Source of the DNA: Takakia lepidozioides
Lineage: Eukaryota; Plantae; Bryophyta
Length of the DNA: 64,000 nucleotides
Assembly (NCBI GenBank): GCA_030704615.1
Contig: CM060736.1
Coordinates: forward strand, 85,012-149,011
Direction: 5' to 3'
This document shows positions 27,837 through 41,478 of the stretch, piece by piece. The notes below the pieces were generated by a model, which worked only from the letters and a program-made list of their open reading frames with translations, did no database searches and had not been told where the DNA came from. The position numbers and the translations under genes are program-made. Numbering within the stretch: the stretch's first letter is position 1; each line of letters starts with the position of its first letter.

Positions 27837-28184
27837 TTGACCCTTACCTTTATGTTACCCGATTCACTATTTACTGTCAATAGTTTGTTTCATTTCATTC
27901 CAGTTCTTGTTCCTTATAATCCATTTATTTAATGTTTAATTCGAAAATTGATTCGAAATTTCTCAAATATTAGTTCTTATACAATTTTTTCCCAAGATAA
28001 GTAGTTATTTGAGTTTGAGGAATAGAAGGAATAACTATTGAAATAAATTTGAATTGATTTTTGTTTGTATAGATAAGAAAATGTTACGAATGGAAGAGAA
28101 AGAAGAAAAAAATTAGGAAATAGAAGTTTCAATATCTTTCTAATTTATTTCGTAACAAATCTTCAAAAGATAAAAGGAATTTTT

Positions 28185-29312
28185 ATGAGTATTCTCGTAC
28201 ATGAAGTTTCCAAATCATTAGGTGACTCAAAAGTTCTTGATCGCGTAAGTTTCTATGTTCCCGAAGTCTCTTTAGTAGCCCTTCTAGGTCCTTCGGGATC
28301 AGGAAAATCCAGTTTATTACGAATAATCGCGGGTCTCGACAATCCAGATTGTGGAAGCATATGGTTACATGGCAGAGATATGACCAATATTTCTACTCAA
28401 TATCGGAGAATGGCTTTTGTTTTTCAACATTACGCCCTTTTCAAACACATGACTGTTCACGAAAATATTTCATTTGGACTCCGATTGCGAGGATTCCCTC
28501 ATCAGAAAATAAAAAAGAAAGTAAAAGATTTGTTGGATTGTCTTCGAATTTCAGACATATCTTTTCAGTATCCAACGCAAATATCGGGGGGACAAAAACA
28601 ACGCGTAGCCCTTGCTAGAAGTCTTGCAATTAGACCAGATTTTCTTTTGTTGGATGAACCTTTTGGAGCACTAGATGGAGAACTACGAAGACACCTTAGC
28701 AAATGGTTAAGACGTTACCTGAAAGACCATAAAATTACTACAATTATGGTTACTCATGATCAGGAAGAAGCTATTTCCATGGCTGATGAAATAATTATTT
28801 TAAAGGAAGGCCGTCTTTTACAGCAAGGAAAACCCAAAAATATCTATGATCAACCAATCGATCACTTTGTTGGTTTCTTCTTAGGATCACTTATTGAAAT
28901 TCCTCAATTTAATAAATCATTTGAGAATTTAGCGAAAGACATTGTACAACCAGATGATGACAAAAAAATAATGACATTTACTTCTGATCCGATATGGGCT
29001 GAATTATTTGAAAATCGAGCGATAAATAAATATCAGTTTTTTTTGAGACCTTATGAATTGCATATAAATTATCAAAGAGATTCGAATGCCACTTCTGTTC
29101 GAATCAAAAAAATTATTTATAAAAGAACCTTTGTTCAACTCGATCTATTTGTAACTTCCTTCTCATGGAACTTTACTATCCCAATAGGGTATCAAGCTTC
29201 TCGAAAATTACATATCGAATCTTTCATTCAAATTCTTTATATAAAACCTAGGATTCCAGTCTTTCTACGAGCTTATCCCCTATCTAAAAAACTCGTTTCT
29301 CTTCGGAAATAA
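28185..29312 (+). CDS. cysA: Sulfate ABC transporter ATP-binding subunit (cysA/mbpX)
   Basis: Walker [55 protein letters not shown]; lies between trnE and trnT as in liverworts. Confidence 0.95.
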   Translation: MSILVHEVSKSLGDSKVLDRVSFYVPEVSLVALLGPSGSGKSSLLRIIAGLDNPDCGSIWLHGRDMTNISTQYRRMAFVFQHYALFKHMTVHENISFGLRLRGFPHQKIKKKVKDLLDCLRISDISFQYPTQISGGQKQRVALARSLAIRPDFLLLDEPFGALDGELRRHLSKWLRRYLKDHKITTIMVTHDQEEAISMADEIIILKEGRLLQQGKPKNIYDQPIDHFVGFFLGSLIEIPQFNKSFENLAKDIVQPDDDKKIMTFTSDPIWAELFENRAINKYQFFLRPYELHINYQRDSNATSVRIKKIIYKRTFVQLDLFVTSFSWNFTIPIGYQASRKLHIESFIQILYIKPRIPVFLRAYPLSKKLVSLRK

Positions 29313-31189
29313 TCTGATTCTTATGGATCCATTAATTATTCATTTTTAACTAAACCTTAATCCATACATATATTTTATATCTTTCTTCTCTTATCGGGGG
29401 AATACGAAAGAAACAGGCCTTTCCCAACACGAGCGACCCGTAATAAATGAGGTATATCACGTACCTAGCCCAATATAAATGAATCAGTCATATAAATGAT
29501 TGAATTAATAGAATTAGTCTAGTTACTCCTCGATATAGGTTACTTAGTTACCTCAGCCAATATAGATAATTGATATTCCTGTTTCTCCCGTTTCGTTTCC
29601 CACTTACGTATCTCATTCGAAAAAAGACTTGTACCAATTCCAAAAAATATTACATTGCAAATGTCCCATCTTTTTCATATCATTTCGTCTCATTTCATTA
29701 TCCAAGTTCCTCCTTCTTCTTAGTTAATAAAAACTCTTCGAACAAATAGAAATTATAGCTGTAGATACGAATAGGTTGTGGGGGAATAATGGAGTTATGG
29801 AACCAATAAATAAAGGGTTGACATAAAATTTAAAAATTTCTCCTAAAAAAGGTAATTTCACTTTTGAATGGAATGGATCGTTGGATATGAGAAATAGGAC
29901 GATCGATTAACAAAGGGGAATACTACGAAAAATTGGAAATTGCTTATGAATTCATTTCTCGTTTCTTTCCCTATGCCAAAATTTCGAAAATGACCAATTT
30001 ACTACACTATAAGTCTGATATAATACCGGGTATATCAAAAAAATCTTTTGACTTTGAATTTAATCAAAATGCTCTGCATTCCTACTTCCGAAGAGAATAA
30101 AACCTTTCAAGTTTTTCAATCTATACCACAAAATTCAGTTTATTCCACTACGAGTTAGTCCCTCAAAGAAAACTCTTTAATTAATTATTCTAGTTAATCA
30201 TCTCCGTATAGGTATAGCCCTTTCGATTCAAAAATTATTAAGTTTTTTTTTTATTTCGAGGAGAAACAGAAGGGACTATTAAAAAATAACCAAATACCAA
30301 ATTGATCAGATTTTGTAATTCGTCTTTATTCTCAAACTCGTAATATTCCATCGAAAGAACTTTTTTTAATATCTAATAGAAAGAGAAAAGACTTACAATT
30401 ATTTTATTTCGAATGAAATGAAATAATAAGGCTAAATACTCATTCAATTTTGAACATCATATCATCATTTCTGAATAGAAACTCTAGAAATAGAATATCT
30501 ATTTTGTTATATATAAATACAAAAATATTTTCATTAATATCTTTTTCCTTCTTCTCCGTAGATCTTCAGTGAATTCAAAATGAATTTCAAATACAGGTTT
30601 AGAAACTTCGTTTCCAAACATGATCTTTTCTTGTCTTGTGGGATCCGAAACTCATACAGAATCCATAAAAATTGATTCGAATTTAATTGTTTAATTGCAA
30701 GTTAAAAAAAAATATCTCTAGAGCCTCGTCGAGTTCTATAAATATCAAATTTGATCTACGATTTTTTTCGAAGATATAAAGATTTAGTCGTTTTTTATTT
30801 TTTACTAACATCCTCACATCTCCTCCTCAGAGGTATTGAAATGATTTGAGATATAAGGAATGTAAGGTGTAGTAAGGAGATGGAAGTGGATTTGGCGTAG
30901 CGAGGGGAGGGAGAGACACGCGTTGCCAAAAACTCTAATAACTGGTTCCACGTGAATTTTGAATGAATTAGACTGCCTATACCAGCAATATTTTCTGATA
31001 TGATGTAATATCATTAGAATAGAATATTCAAAAATATATTTCGAAATATAGAAAATTTTTGTGTGAGTAAAAAAAACATGTATAATTGTCTATTTCATCT
31101 CGATCAATGAATTTTGAATTTTGAGTTGACAATTATATCGTTTTCATCGCACACTATACTTGGTTCCGTAGCGAATTACTGAATTCATT

Positions 31190-31261
31190 GCCCCTTTAAC
31201 TCAGTGGTAGAGTAACGCCATGGTAAGGCGTAAGTCATCGGTTCAAATCCGATAAAGGGCT
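31190..31261 (+). tRNA. trnT-GGU: tRNA-Thr(GGU)
   Basis: GCCCCTTTAACTCAGTGG..., GGT anticodon. Confidence 0.95.
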
Positions 31262-32311
31262 TATCACGTTTTTCGGATAGATAGGGGAGAAATAAAAAAA
31301 TAAGTAAAGAGCTATATTACCTAGTAATTTTATTTCATAAATGAAAATTAGTAATATACTTAGAATTTAATGAGAATTTTAGATTCATAATATTCTTAGA
31401 AATATTACGAATTAAAAAGAAATCTATTATAATCTTTTTTGGATTAGATCTATTCGAAGTGCAAAGAGAAAAACAATTGAAATGTATAGATGTAATTTTT
31501 AGTAAACTTGACTTATTTCTTTCCAGATAATTTGGCTACTCTTATAATGGATTTCACTAGAAAATTTGAGGTAATAAATAATCAAATTTTTCAATATATT
31601 CAATATTTATTATCAGTTATTAGACACTAGCTTTTTCACGACGTTTCTGAATGATTAGTATGAATAATTAGGATGTAGGTCCACTGAAAACGAATATTTC
31701 ACGAAAAAGAAAAAAAAAATATTATTGAAAAATAATATATAGTATAATAATGTAAGAATCAAAATTTTTCTAGAATCTATCTGTAGGAAGGAAATAAATA
31801 ACAATATATTATTTTCTTTTTTTTTTTTTTTTTAGTAAAAAATGTATTTACATTTAGATATATTCTTTATTTCGCGGAGAAAAAATGTATATGTACTATA
31901 AAAAATTTTCTATTTTGGTAGAATAGACCTGAAAAATAAACTGAAAAGGTCGAGTGAGGAACATTGAGTCAGAGGGACATGAGAAGATATTGGGAAGGAA
32001 AGAAAAGCTTACCTACCTTCTGAAACTAAAGGTTTTTGAATTATTCAAGTCTATTTTGAAACTAAATAACTAAATAAAATTTCTATATCGGATTATTTCA
32101 ATTGAAACCAAGAACCGAGACATAAGATGAAATGACGCATCTAGCTAATTGGTAATTGGTTCGGTCCGAGAAAAAATATCTACGTTAAAAAAAAAATCTT
32201 CAAAAAACAATAGAAGGGTTCCTCGTTCAAAATAATCTATAAATTATTCGAATTTCCTATTTTTTAAGGTGCTTAGAAATGATTGAAGTAGTTGAATAGG
32301 AGAATTACACT

Positions 32312-33373
32312 ACGACTATAGCCATTGGAAAGTCTTCCAAAGAACCAAAAGGTTTATTTGATAGTATGGATGACTGGCCAAGGAGAGACCGTTCTGTATT
32401 TGTGGGTCGGTCTGGTCTATCGCTTTTCCCTCGTGCCCATTTTGCCCCAGGTGGATGGTTCACAGGTACAACCTTTGTCACTCCACGGTACACTCATGGG
32501 TCGGCTAGTTCTTATTCAGAAGGTCGTAACTCTTCAACCGCTGCAGTTTCTACTCCTGCTAATAGTTTGGCGCATTCTCCGTCGCTGTTATGGGGTCCTG
32601 AGGCACAGGGAGATTTTACCCGTTGGTGTCAATTAGGAGGTTTATGGACCTTTGTTGCTCTTCATGGTGCCTTTGGTTCAATAGGCTCTATGTTGCGCCA
32701 ATTCGAACTTGCTCGATCTGTACAATTGCGCCCCTACAACGCAATTGCATCCCCCGCTCCGATTGCTGTTTCCGTTTCCGTATCTCCGATCCATCCATTA
32801 GGTCAATCCGGTTGGTTCTTCGCACCTAGCTTCGGTGTAGCAGCTATTTCCCGATCTATTCCTTTTTCTCAAGGTTTTCACAACCGGACTTCGAACCCAT
32901 TCCATATGATGGGAGTTGCTGGAGTATCGGGAGCTGCTCCTTCACGTGCTATTCATGGTGCTACCGCGGAAAATACTTTGTTTGAGGACGGTGATGGTGC
33001 AAATACATTTCGTGCTTTTAACCCAACTCAATCTGAAGAAACTCATTCCATGGTCACAGCTAACCGCTCTCGGTCCCAAATTTCCGGTGTTGCTTTCCCC
33101 AACAAACGTCGGTCACATTCCTTTACGTCATTTGTACCAGTAACTGGTTCACGGATGAGTGCCATTGGAGTAGTTGGTCCAGCCTTGAACTTACGGGCAT
33201 ATGACTTCGTTTCTCAGGAGATTCGTGCAGCAGAAGACCCCGAATCCGAAACTTCCTACACTAAAAATATTCCTTCGAACGAGGGTATTCGTGCTCGGAT
33301 GGCAGCTCAAGATCAGCCTCATGAAAATCTCGTATCCCCCGAGGAGGTTCTACCCCGTGGAAACGCTCTTTAA
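32312..33373 (+). CDS. psbD: Photosystem II D2 protein, ACG start
   Basis: (T)TIAIGKS...[17 protein letters not shown]...[10 protein letters not shown]; 353 aa. Confidence 0.98.
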   Translation, partial: TTIAIGKSSKEPKGLFDSMDDWPRRDRSVFVGRSGLSLFPRAHFAPGGWFTGTTFVTPRYTHGSASSYSEGRNSSTAAVSTPANSLAHSPSLLWGPEAQGDFTRWCQLGGLWTFVALHGAFGSIGSMLRQFELARSVQLRPYNAIASPAPIAVSVSVSPIHPLGQSGWFFAPSFGVAAISRSIPFSQGFHNRTSNPFHMMGVAGVSGAAPSRAIHGATAENTLFEDGDGANTFRAFNPTQSEETHSMVTANRSRSQISGVAFPNKRRSHSFTSFVPVTGSRMSAIGVVGPALNLRAYDFVSQEIRAAEDPESETSYTKNIPSNEGIRARMAAQDQPHENLVSPEEVLPRGNAL

Positions 33374-34742
33374 TGGAACCTTAGCTTTAGGTGGTCGTGA
33401 CCAAGAAACCACAGGTTTTGCCCGGTGGGCAGGTAACGCCCGACTTATTAACCTGTCCGGTAAATTACTTGGCGCTCACGTAGCTCATGCCGGATCGATC
33501 GTATTCCGGGCCGGAGCGATGAATCCATCTGAAGTGGCTCATTTCGTGCCGGAAAAGCCTATGTATGAGCAGGGATTAATTTTACTGCCCCATCTAGCTA
33601 CTTTAGGATGGGGAGTAGGTCCTGGTGGAGAAGTTGTAGACACTTCTCCATATTTCGTATCCGGAGTACTTCACTTGATTTCCTCCGCAGTCTTAGGTTT
33701 CGGAGGCATTTATCACGCACTTATCGGACCAGAAACTCCAGAAGAATCTTTTCCATTTTTTGGTTATGTGTGGAAAGATAAAAATAAAATGACCACTATT
33801 TCGGGTATTCACTTAATATCGTTAGGTGCTGGTGCTTTTCCTTCAGTGTTCAAAGCTTTGTATTTCGGAGGTGTATATGATACTTGGGCTCCCGGGGGTG
33901 GAGACGTGAGAAAAATTACAAATCTTACTCTTAGTCCAAGTGTTATATTTGGTTATCTACTTAAGTCGCCCTTTGGCGGGGAAGGATGGATTGTTAGTGT
34001 AGATAATTCAGAAGATATTATTGGAGGCCATGTTCGGTTAGGTTCCATTCGTATTTCTGGTGGAATCCGGCACATTCTGACCAAACCCTTTGCATGGGCT
34101 CGTCGCGCCTCTGTATGGTCCGGAGAAGCTTACTCGTCTTACAGTTCAGCGGCTATCCCTGTTTTTGGTTCTATCGCTCGTCGCTTCGTCCGGTCCAACA
34201 ATACAGCTTATCCTAGTGAATTTCATGGCCCCACCGGTCCAGAAGCTTCTCAAGCTCAAGCCTCTACTTTCTCGGTTAGAGACCAACGTCTCGGAGCCAA
34301 TGTAGGTTCTGCCCAAGGACCTACCGGTTTAGGTAAATATCTCATGCGCTCGCCTACTGGAGAAATTATTTTTGGAGGAGAAACAATGCGCTTCTGGGAT
34401 CCTCGTGCTCCATGGTTGGAACCTTCAAGAGGCCCTAATGGGTTGGATTTGAGTAAGTCGAAGAAAGACATACAGCCTCGGCAAGAACGACGTTCTGCAG
34501 AGTATATGACTCATGCTCCTTTAGGGTCTCCAAATTCTGTGGGTGGAGTAGCTACTGAGATTAACGCGGTAAACTACGTTTCTCCCCGAAGTTGGTTATC
34601 CACTTCTCATTTCGTTCCAGGATTCTTTTTCTTCGTGGGTCATTTATGGCACGCAGGAAGAGCACGTGCAGCTGCAGCCGGATTTGAGAAAGGAATTGAC
34701 CGTGATTTTGAACCTGTTCTTTCTATGACACCTCTCAACTAG
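33357..34742 (+). CDS. psbC: Photosystem II CP43; GTG start overlapping psbD (alternative ATG at 33321)
   Basis: ETLFNGTL...[10 protein letters not shown]...[16 protein letters not shown]. Confidence 0.98.
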   Translation: METLFNGTLALGGRDQETTGFARWAGNARLINLSGKLLGAHVAHAGSIVFRAGAMNPSEVAHFVPEKPMYEQGLILLPHLATLGWGVGPGGEVVDTSPYFVSGVLHLISSAVLGFGGIYHALIGPETPEESFPFFGYVWKDKNKMTTISGIHLISLGAGAFPSVFKALYFGGVYDTWAPGGGDVRKITNLTLSPSVIFGYLLKSPFGGEGWIVSVDNSEDIIGGHVRLGSIRISGGIRHILTKPFAWARRASVWSGEAYSSYSSAAIPVFGSIARRFVRSNNTAYPSEFHGPTGPEASQAQASTFSVRDQRLGANVGSAQGPTGLGKYLMRSPTGEIIFGGETMRFWDPRAPWLEPSRGPNGLDLSKSKKDIQPRQERRSAEYMTHAPLGSPNSVGGVATEINAVNYVSPRSWLSTSHFVPGFFFFVGHLWHAGRARAAAAGFEKGIDRDFEPVLSMTPLN

Positions 34743-34799
34743 AATAACAAATAGAAGAAAAGTTTTCGTAGATTTTTCTTTTTCTCCTAAGTCTCTCAC

Positions 34800-34827
34800 A
34801 ATGGCTCGGCTATTTAGCCGAGCCATT
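34800..34827 (+). terminator. Stem-loop after psbC
   Basis: AATGGCTCGGCTA-TT-TAGCCGAGCCATT. Confidence 0.7.
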
Positions 34828-34879
34828 ACATCTCTAATACGAAAAAATAGATTGATTTCAGAAACGTTTTTTTTTTTTA

Positions 34880-34968
34880 AGGAGAAAGAGGGATTCGAAC
34901 CCTCGATAGTTTTGATAAACTATGCCGGTTTTCAAGACCGGAGCCATCAACCACTCGGCCATCTCTCC
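34880..34968 (-). tRNA. trnS-UGA: tRNA-Ser(UGA)
   Basis: GGAGAGATGGCCGAGTGG..., TGA anticodon. Confidence 0.96.
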
Positions 34969-35244
34969 AAAAAAAAACATCATTCTATTTCGATTCTTTA
35001 GGTAGAGAAAAGGCCACTATTATAATTATAATATAACAACAAATTTTTATTCTGTAAAAGATTCATAGAGAAAAGGAATATATCGATTCTTTGTAAAATC
35101 AACTAAAAAAAGCTAAAGAACTTTCAGTACATGTATATTCAAATTTTCTCTATAATGCTTCTGGCTCGGTAAGTAAATTATTGCCAGATAGGGATCAAAT
35201 GGTATAACTTATTTCATTTCTTCGAAGCTTGGAGAATCACAACT

Positions 35245-35433
35245 ACGACTATTGCCTTCCAGTTGGCTGTGTTTGCATCAATTGCCATTTCATTTCTCCT
35301 AGTGATTGGTGTGCCTGTTGCGCCTGCCTCCCCCAATGGCTGGTCAAGTAGCAAAAATGTCGTATTTTCGGGTGCTTCGTTATGGATTGGATTAGTTCTT
35401 CCGGTTGGTATCCTTAACTCTTTTATATCTCGA
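35245..35433 (+). CDS. psbZ: Photosystem II protein Z; ACG start and CGA stop both need C-to-U editing
   Basis: (T)[10 protein letters not shown]...GILNSFIS then CGA at codon 63, where the 62-aa PsbZ normally stops. Confidence 0.94.
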
Positions 35434-35667
35434 ATTTCTGGAGAAAATCAAGTTGCCGTTTCCCCTCCCTCGGCGGACATTACATTATAAGTTCCAAAAG
35501 GTATTTTATACAAGTCCTGAGGTACGGAATAAACGTACTCGAGGGAGGGTTTCTTTTTAACTCCCCACGTTTTCACTCCTATAAATAATTCTAAAAAACT
35601 TAAGATATAATTGACTATGTAGAAAGAATTGTATTAATATATCGAGGGATAGGTTTGATAAGCAGTT

Positions 35668-35738
35668 GCGGGTATGGTTTAATGGTAAAATTCCTCCTTG
35701 CCAAGGAGAAGATGCGGGTTCGATTCCCGCTACCCGCC
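35668..35738 (+). tRNA. trnG-GCC: tRNA-Gly(GCC)
   Basis: GCGGGTATGGTTTAATGG..., GCC anticodon. Confidence 0.95.
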
Positions 35739-35846
35739 TCTCAAAAAAAAGAGGGAATATACTTCCACATCTCGATATATTTATTTCTATATATTCTTTT
35801 TCTATTCAATTAATTTCTATTATTCAAAAACTTTATGTTGTGTATT

Positions 35847-35920
35847 TAGCGGAGACGGGATTTGAACCCGTGACCTCAAGGTTATGAGCCTTGCGAGCTA
35901 CCAGGCTGCTCTACCCCGCG
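35847..35920 (-). tRNA. trnfM-CAU: Initiator tRNA-fMet(CAU)
   Basis: CGCGGGGTAGAGCAG..., CAT anticodon, unpaired C1. Confidence 0.95.
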
Positions 35921-36043
35921 TTACGAGATAATAACATATTTTTAATTGACTGAACAAGTAATTTTTTAGTTTTTTACGAAGAATCCCCCAGGTTAGGGGG
36001 ATTTTTACTTATGTTCCCAGCTAAACTTGTTCGAATCTCCTTT

Positions 36044-36346
36044 TCACCAACTCGATTTGGTCACTCCGGGCGACGGACATGCATGGGCCATTTCACGAAG
36101 TACATGTCTAGATAAACCAAAGTCTCGATAGTTGGCTCTGGGTCTTCCAGTTGAGGAACGGCGACGATGAAGACGCGTAGGTGCACTATTACGTGGTAAA
36201 GATTGCAATTGTTTCTGAAATTCCCATTTATCATCTAACGAAAAACCTTTACTCATCTTTCTTTTTATGGATCGACGAATAGAATGGTATTTTTGTTCCA
36301 ATTTTTGCTTTTTCTTCTCCCTCTGAATAAGACTTTTTTTCGCCAT
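36044..36346 (-). CDS. rps14: 30S ribosomal protein S14
   Basis: [10 protein letters not shown]...[10 protein letters not shown]...PGVTKSSW. Confidence 0.98.
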   Translation of the reverse strand: MAKKSLIQREKKKQKLEQKYHSIRRSIKRKMSKGFSLDDKWEFQKQLQSLPRNSAPTRLHRRRSSTGRPRANYRDFGLSRHVLREMAHACPSPGVTKSSW

Positions 36347-36462
36347 AATTTCTTTAGTTATTGAGATATCATTTTTAGTTCAAAATGGGAATGAAATAAA
36401 ATTCTGTTCAATTCTTTGTTCTTTTTTCCTTTCATCTCTCACCCCTCCATTACATAAAACGA

Positions 36463-36498
36463 AACCTACCTTTGACTTCATCAAGCCAAAGGTAGGTT
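36463..36498 (-). terminator. Stem-loop between psaB and rps14
   Basis: AACCTACCTTTG...CAAAGGTAGGTT inverted repeat. Confidence 0.6.
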
Positions 36499-36540
36499 CC
36501 ATCTGATAATTGATAATTTTTAATCAATGAGAAATAATTA

Positions 36541-38763
<2,223 letters not shown>

Positions 38764-38770
38764 CTAGCCA

Positions 38771-41023
38771 TTATCCTACTGCAATGATTCTTGCTAGGAA
38801 GAACGCCCATGTTGTGGCAATCCCACCTGGAGGGTAATGAGCTACTCCTACGGCACGGCCTTGTGCAATACTCAGGGCTCTAGGCTGGATAGCAGGAGCA
38901 ACTTTTAATTTGTTGTGAGCCCGAACGATAGACTCGATAGGTTCTTGCCAATATCCACGGCCACTGAATGAGAACGTTAAGCTAAAAGCCCAAACAGAGT
39001 GAGCGCCCAGAGGTAAAGGACCATATGCGGATAATGAGGAACCATAAGATTGGATTACTTGAGATGCTTGTGCCCATAAGAAGTCACGAAGCCATCCATT
39101 AATGGTAATTGAACTTTGTGCGAAGTTTCCTCCTGTAATGTGAGTTACCACTCCTTGATCGCTTACACTACCCCGAACATCGGACTGCATTTTCCGGCTA
39201 AAATGAAAAATGACTACCGAAATTGCATTGTACATCCGAAATAAACCTAAGAAAACATGATCCCGAGCAGATACTTGACATGTTCCCCCCCTTCCAGGTC
39301 CATCACGAGGAGAACGAGAACCAGGATTAGCTTTATCAGGTATTAAACGAGAACTTCGAGCAAATGAAACACCTTTAGGTAGTATCGAGGCAGTTACATG
39401 GATAGTAAAAGCATGAATATGGTGCACCAAAAAGTCTGCCGTTCCTAATGGAATTGGTGATGGAGCTACTTTGCTACCTACTGCGACTAAATCACCACCT
39501 CCCCGGGTTAAACTGGTGCTTGCCGTTGCATTAGGAGCTGTTAAACCAGGTGCTAAAGCATGAGTATTTTGTACCCATTGAGCAAAAATAGGTTGTAATT
39601 GTATAGCAGTATCTGAAAACATGTCTTGGGGACGTCCCGAAGCACTCATAGTATCGTTATGGATATACAAACCGAAGCTATGGAAACCTGGAAAGATACA
39701 AGCCCAGTTAGGGTGTGATATTATTGCATCACGGTGTCGAAGAACACGATCTAATAAATTGTTGTATTGAGTTGTTGGATCATAATCTCTTACCATGGAA
39801 ATAGCTGCATGTGCAGCAGCTCCGACTATGGGAAACCCACCAATCCGCATGTGATGTGTAAACGGAGAAGGTTGAGTACCGTGATCAGTAGCTGGGTATG
39901 GATGAGGAGGCGTAGAATACATATGATGAGCTACCACAATAGTTAGAGAACCCAGCAGAGCCAGGTTAAGAGCTGATTGGGCATGCCACGAAGTAGTTAA
40001 AATCTCATAAAGACCTTTATGACCCTCACCTGTAAATGGACCTTTATGAGCTTCCAAAATTTCTTTTATGCTATGACCAATTCCAAAGTTAGTTCTATAC
40101 ATGTGACCAGCGACCAGAAAAAGAACTGCAATGGCTAAATGATGATGCGCCGTATCAGTCAGCCATGAACCTCCTGTAACTGGATTTAATCCTCCACGAA
40201 AGGTTGAAAAATCTGAATATTCTGACCGATCTAGGGTGAAGAATGGGGTTAATCCTTTAGCGAAACTTGGATAAAGTTGAGCTAAAAGATCGCGATTTAG
40301 AATGAATTCGTGAGGAAGCGGTATTTCTTTAGGATCTACCCCAGCATCTAAAAGTTGATTGATGGGTAAAGGAACGTGTACTTGGTGTCCCGCCCGGGAT
40401 AAAGAGCCTAGTCCTAATAACCCTGCTAAATGGTGGTTCAACATAGATTCCACGTTTTGAAACCAGGCTAATTTGGGAGCAGCTTTATGATAGTGAAACC
40501 ACCCAGCAAGAAGCATTAACGCCGCAAAAATCAATCCACCAATTGCAGTAGAATGAAGTTGTAATTCACTAGTTATTCCAGATGCTCGCCGAGGTTGGGG
40601 AAAGCCAGAGGTTATTTGTATTCCTTGAAAGCCTCCACCTACATCTCCATTCGGAATCTCTTGACCTACTATTGGCCGAACAACCTGAGCACTAGGTTTG
40701 ATGTGAGTAGGATCACTTGGCCATGCTTCGTGATTGGAAGAACGAGCTCCGTGAAAGTACATACCACTTAACCGAATAAAAATAATGGCTAGTTGACCGA
40801 AGTGAGCACTAAAGACTTTACGGGAAATTTCTTCCAAATCATTGGTATGGCTGTCGGAATCATGGGCATCAGCATGTGAGTTCCGAATCCAAGTGGTAGT
40901 ACTAGGACCCTTAGCTAGAGTCCTTGAAAAATGCCCTGGTTTAGCCCATTTTTCGAAAGAGGTTTTTACGGGATCCCTTTCCGCCACAATCTTGACTTCT
41001 GGTTCCGGTGAACGAATAGTCAT
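38771..41023 (-). CDS. psaA: Photosystem I P700 apoprotein A1
   Basis: [12 protein letters not shown]...[10 protein letters not shown]; 750 aa. Confidence 0.99.
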   Translation of the reverse strand: MTIRSPEPEVKIVAERDPVKTSFEKWAKPGHFSRTLAKGPSTTTWIRNSHADAHDSDSHTNDLEEISRKVFSAHFGQLAIIFIRLSGMYFHGARSSNHEAWPSDPTHIKPSAQVVRPIVGQEIPNGDVGGGFQGIQITSGFPQPRRASGITSELQLHSTAIGGLIFAALMLLAGWFHYHKAAPKLAWFQNVESMLNHHLAGLLGLGSLSRAGHQVHVPLPINQLLDAGVDPKEIPLPHEFILNRDLLAQLYPSFAKGLTPFFTLDRSEYSDFSTFRGGLNPVTGGSWLTDTAHHHLAIAVLFLVAGHMYRTNFGIGHSIKEILEAHKGPFTGEGHKGLYEILTTSWHAQSALNLALLGSLTIVVAHHMYSTPPHPYPATDHGTQPSPFTHHMRIGGFPIVGAAAHAAISMVRDYDPTTQYNNLLDRVLRHRDAIISHPNWACIFPGFHSFGLYIHNDTMSASGRPQDMFSDTAIQLQPIFAQWVQNTHALAPGLTAPNATASTSLTRGGGDLVAVGSKVAPSPIPLGTADFLVHHIHAFTIHVTASILPKGVSFARSSRLIPDKANPGSRSPRDGPGRGGTCQVSARDHVFLGLFRMYNAISVVIFHFSRKMQSDVRGSVSDQGVVTHITGGNFAQSSITINGWLRDFLWAQASQVIQSYGSSLSAYGPLPLGAHSVWAFSLTFSFSGRGYWQEPIESIVRAHNKLKVAPAIQPRALSIAQGRAVGVAHYPPGGIATTWAFFLARIIAVG

Positions 41024-41478
41024 CGAGGTTCTCCTCTCTTCAGACGAGGCATAGGAAAGACCCGCCAACGGTGAATAGTAAACTTCTGAGAGATATCTGT
41101 TATCCAACCTTCTTTTCTTCTCCCCCTCCCGGTTTATGACTGGAGCAACTATGATACAGAAGTTACCTAGGGCAGGTATTCAATTTCATTATGACACATC
41201 TTTCAGGTGCTTGATGGACCATATTGATTGGTTTCAATCACCTCTTCTCGCTAGATTAATATAACTATATTTAGTTATTTTATTTCCATTATTTAGTCAT
41301 TCTATTTAAATTAATAAAACAAAAAATTTCATTTGGATTTTCTCTTTTTTTTTTTATTTTATTAACAATCAATAAAAAATATTGATTGTTAATAATTGAT
41401 TGTTAATTAAATTTTAATAAATATTTTTTTTTTGAATCCAAAATTTCTAAGGATTTCCATAAATTATTTACTTCTATT

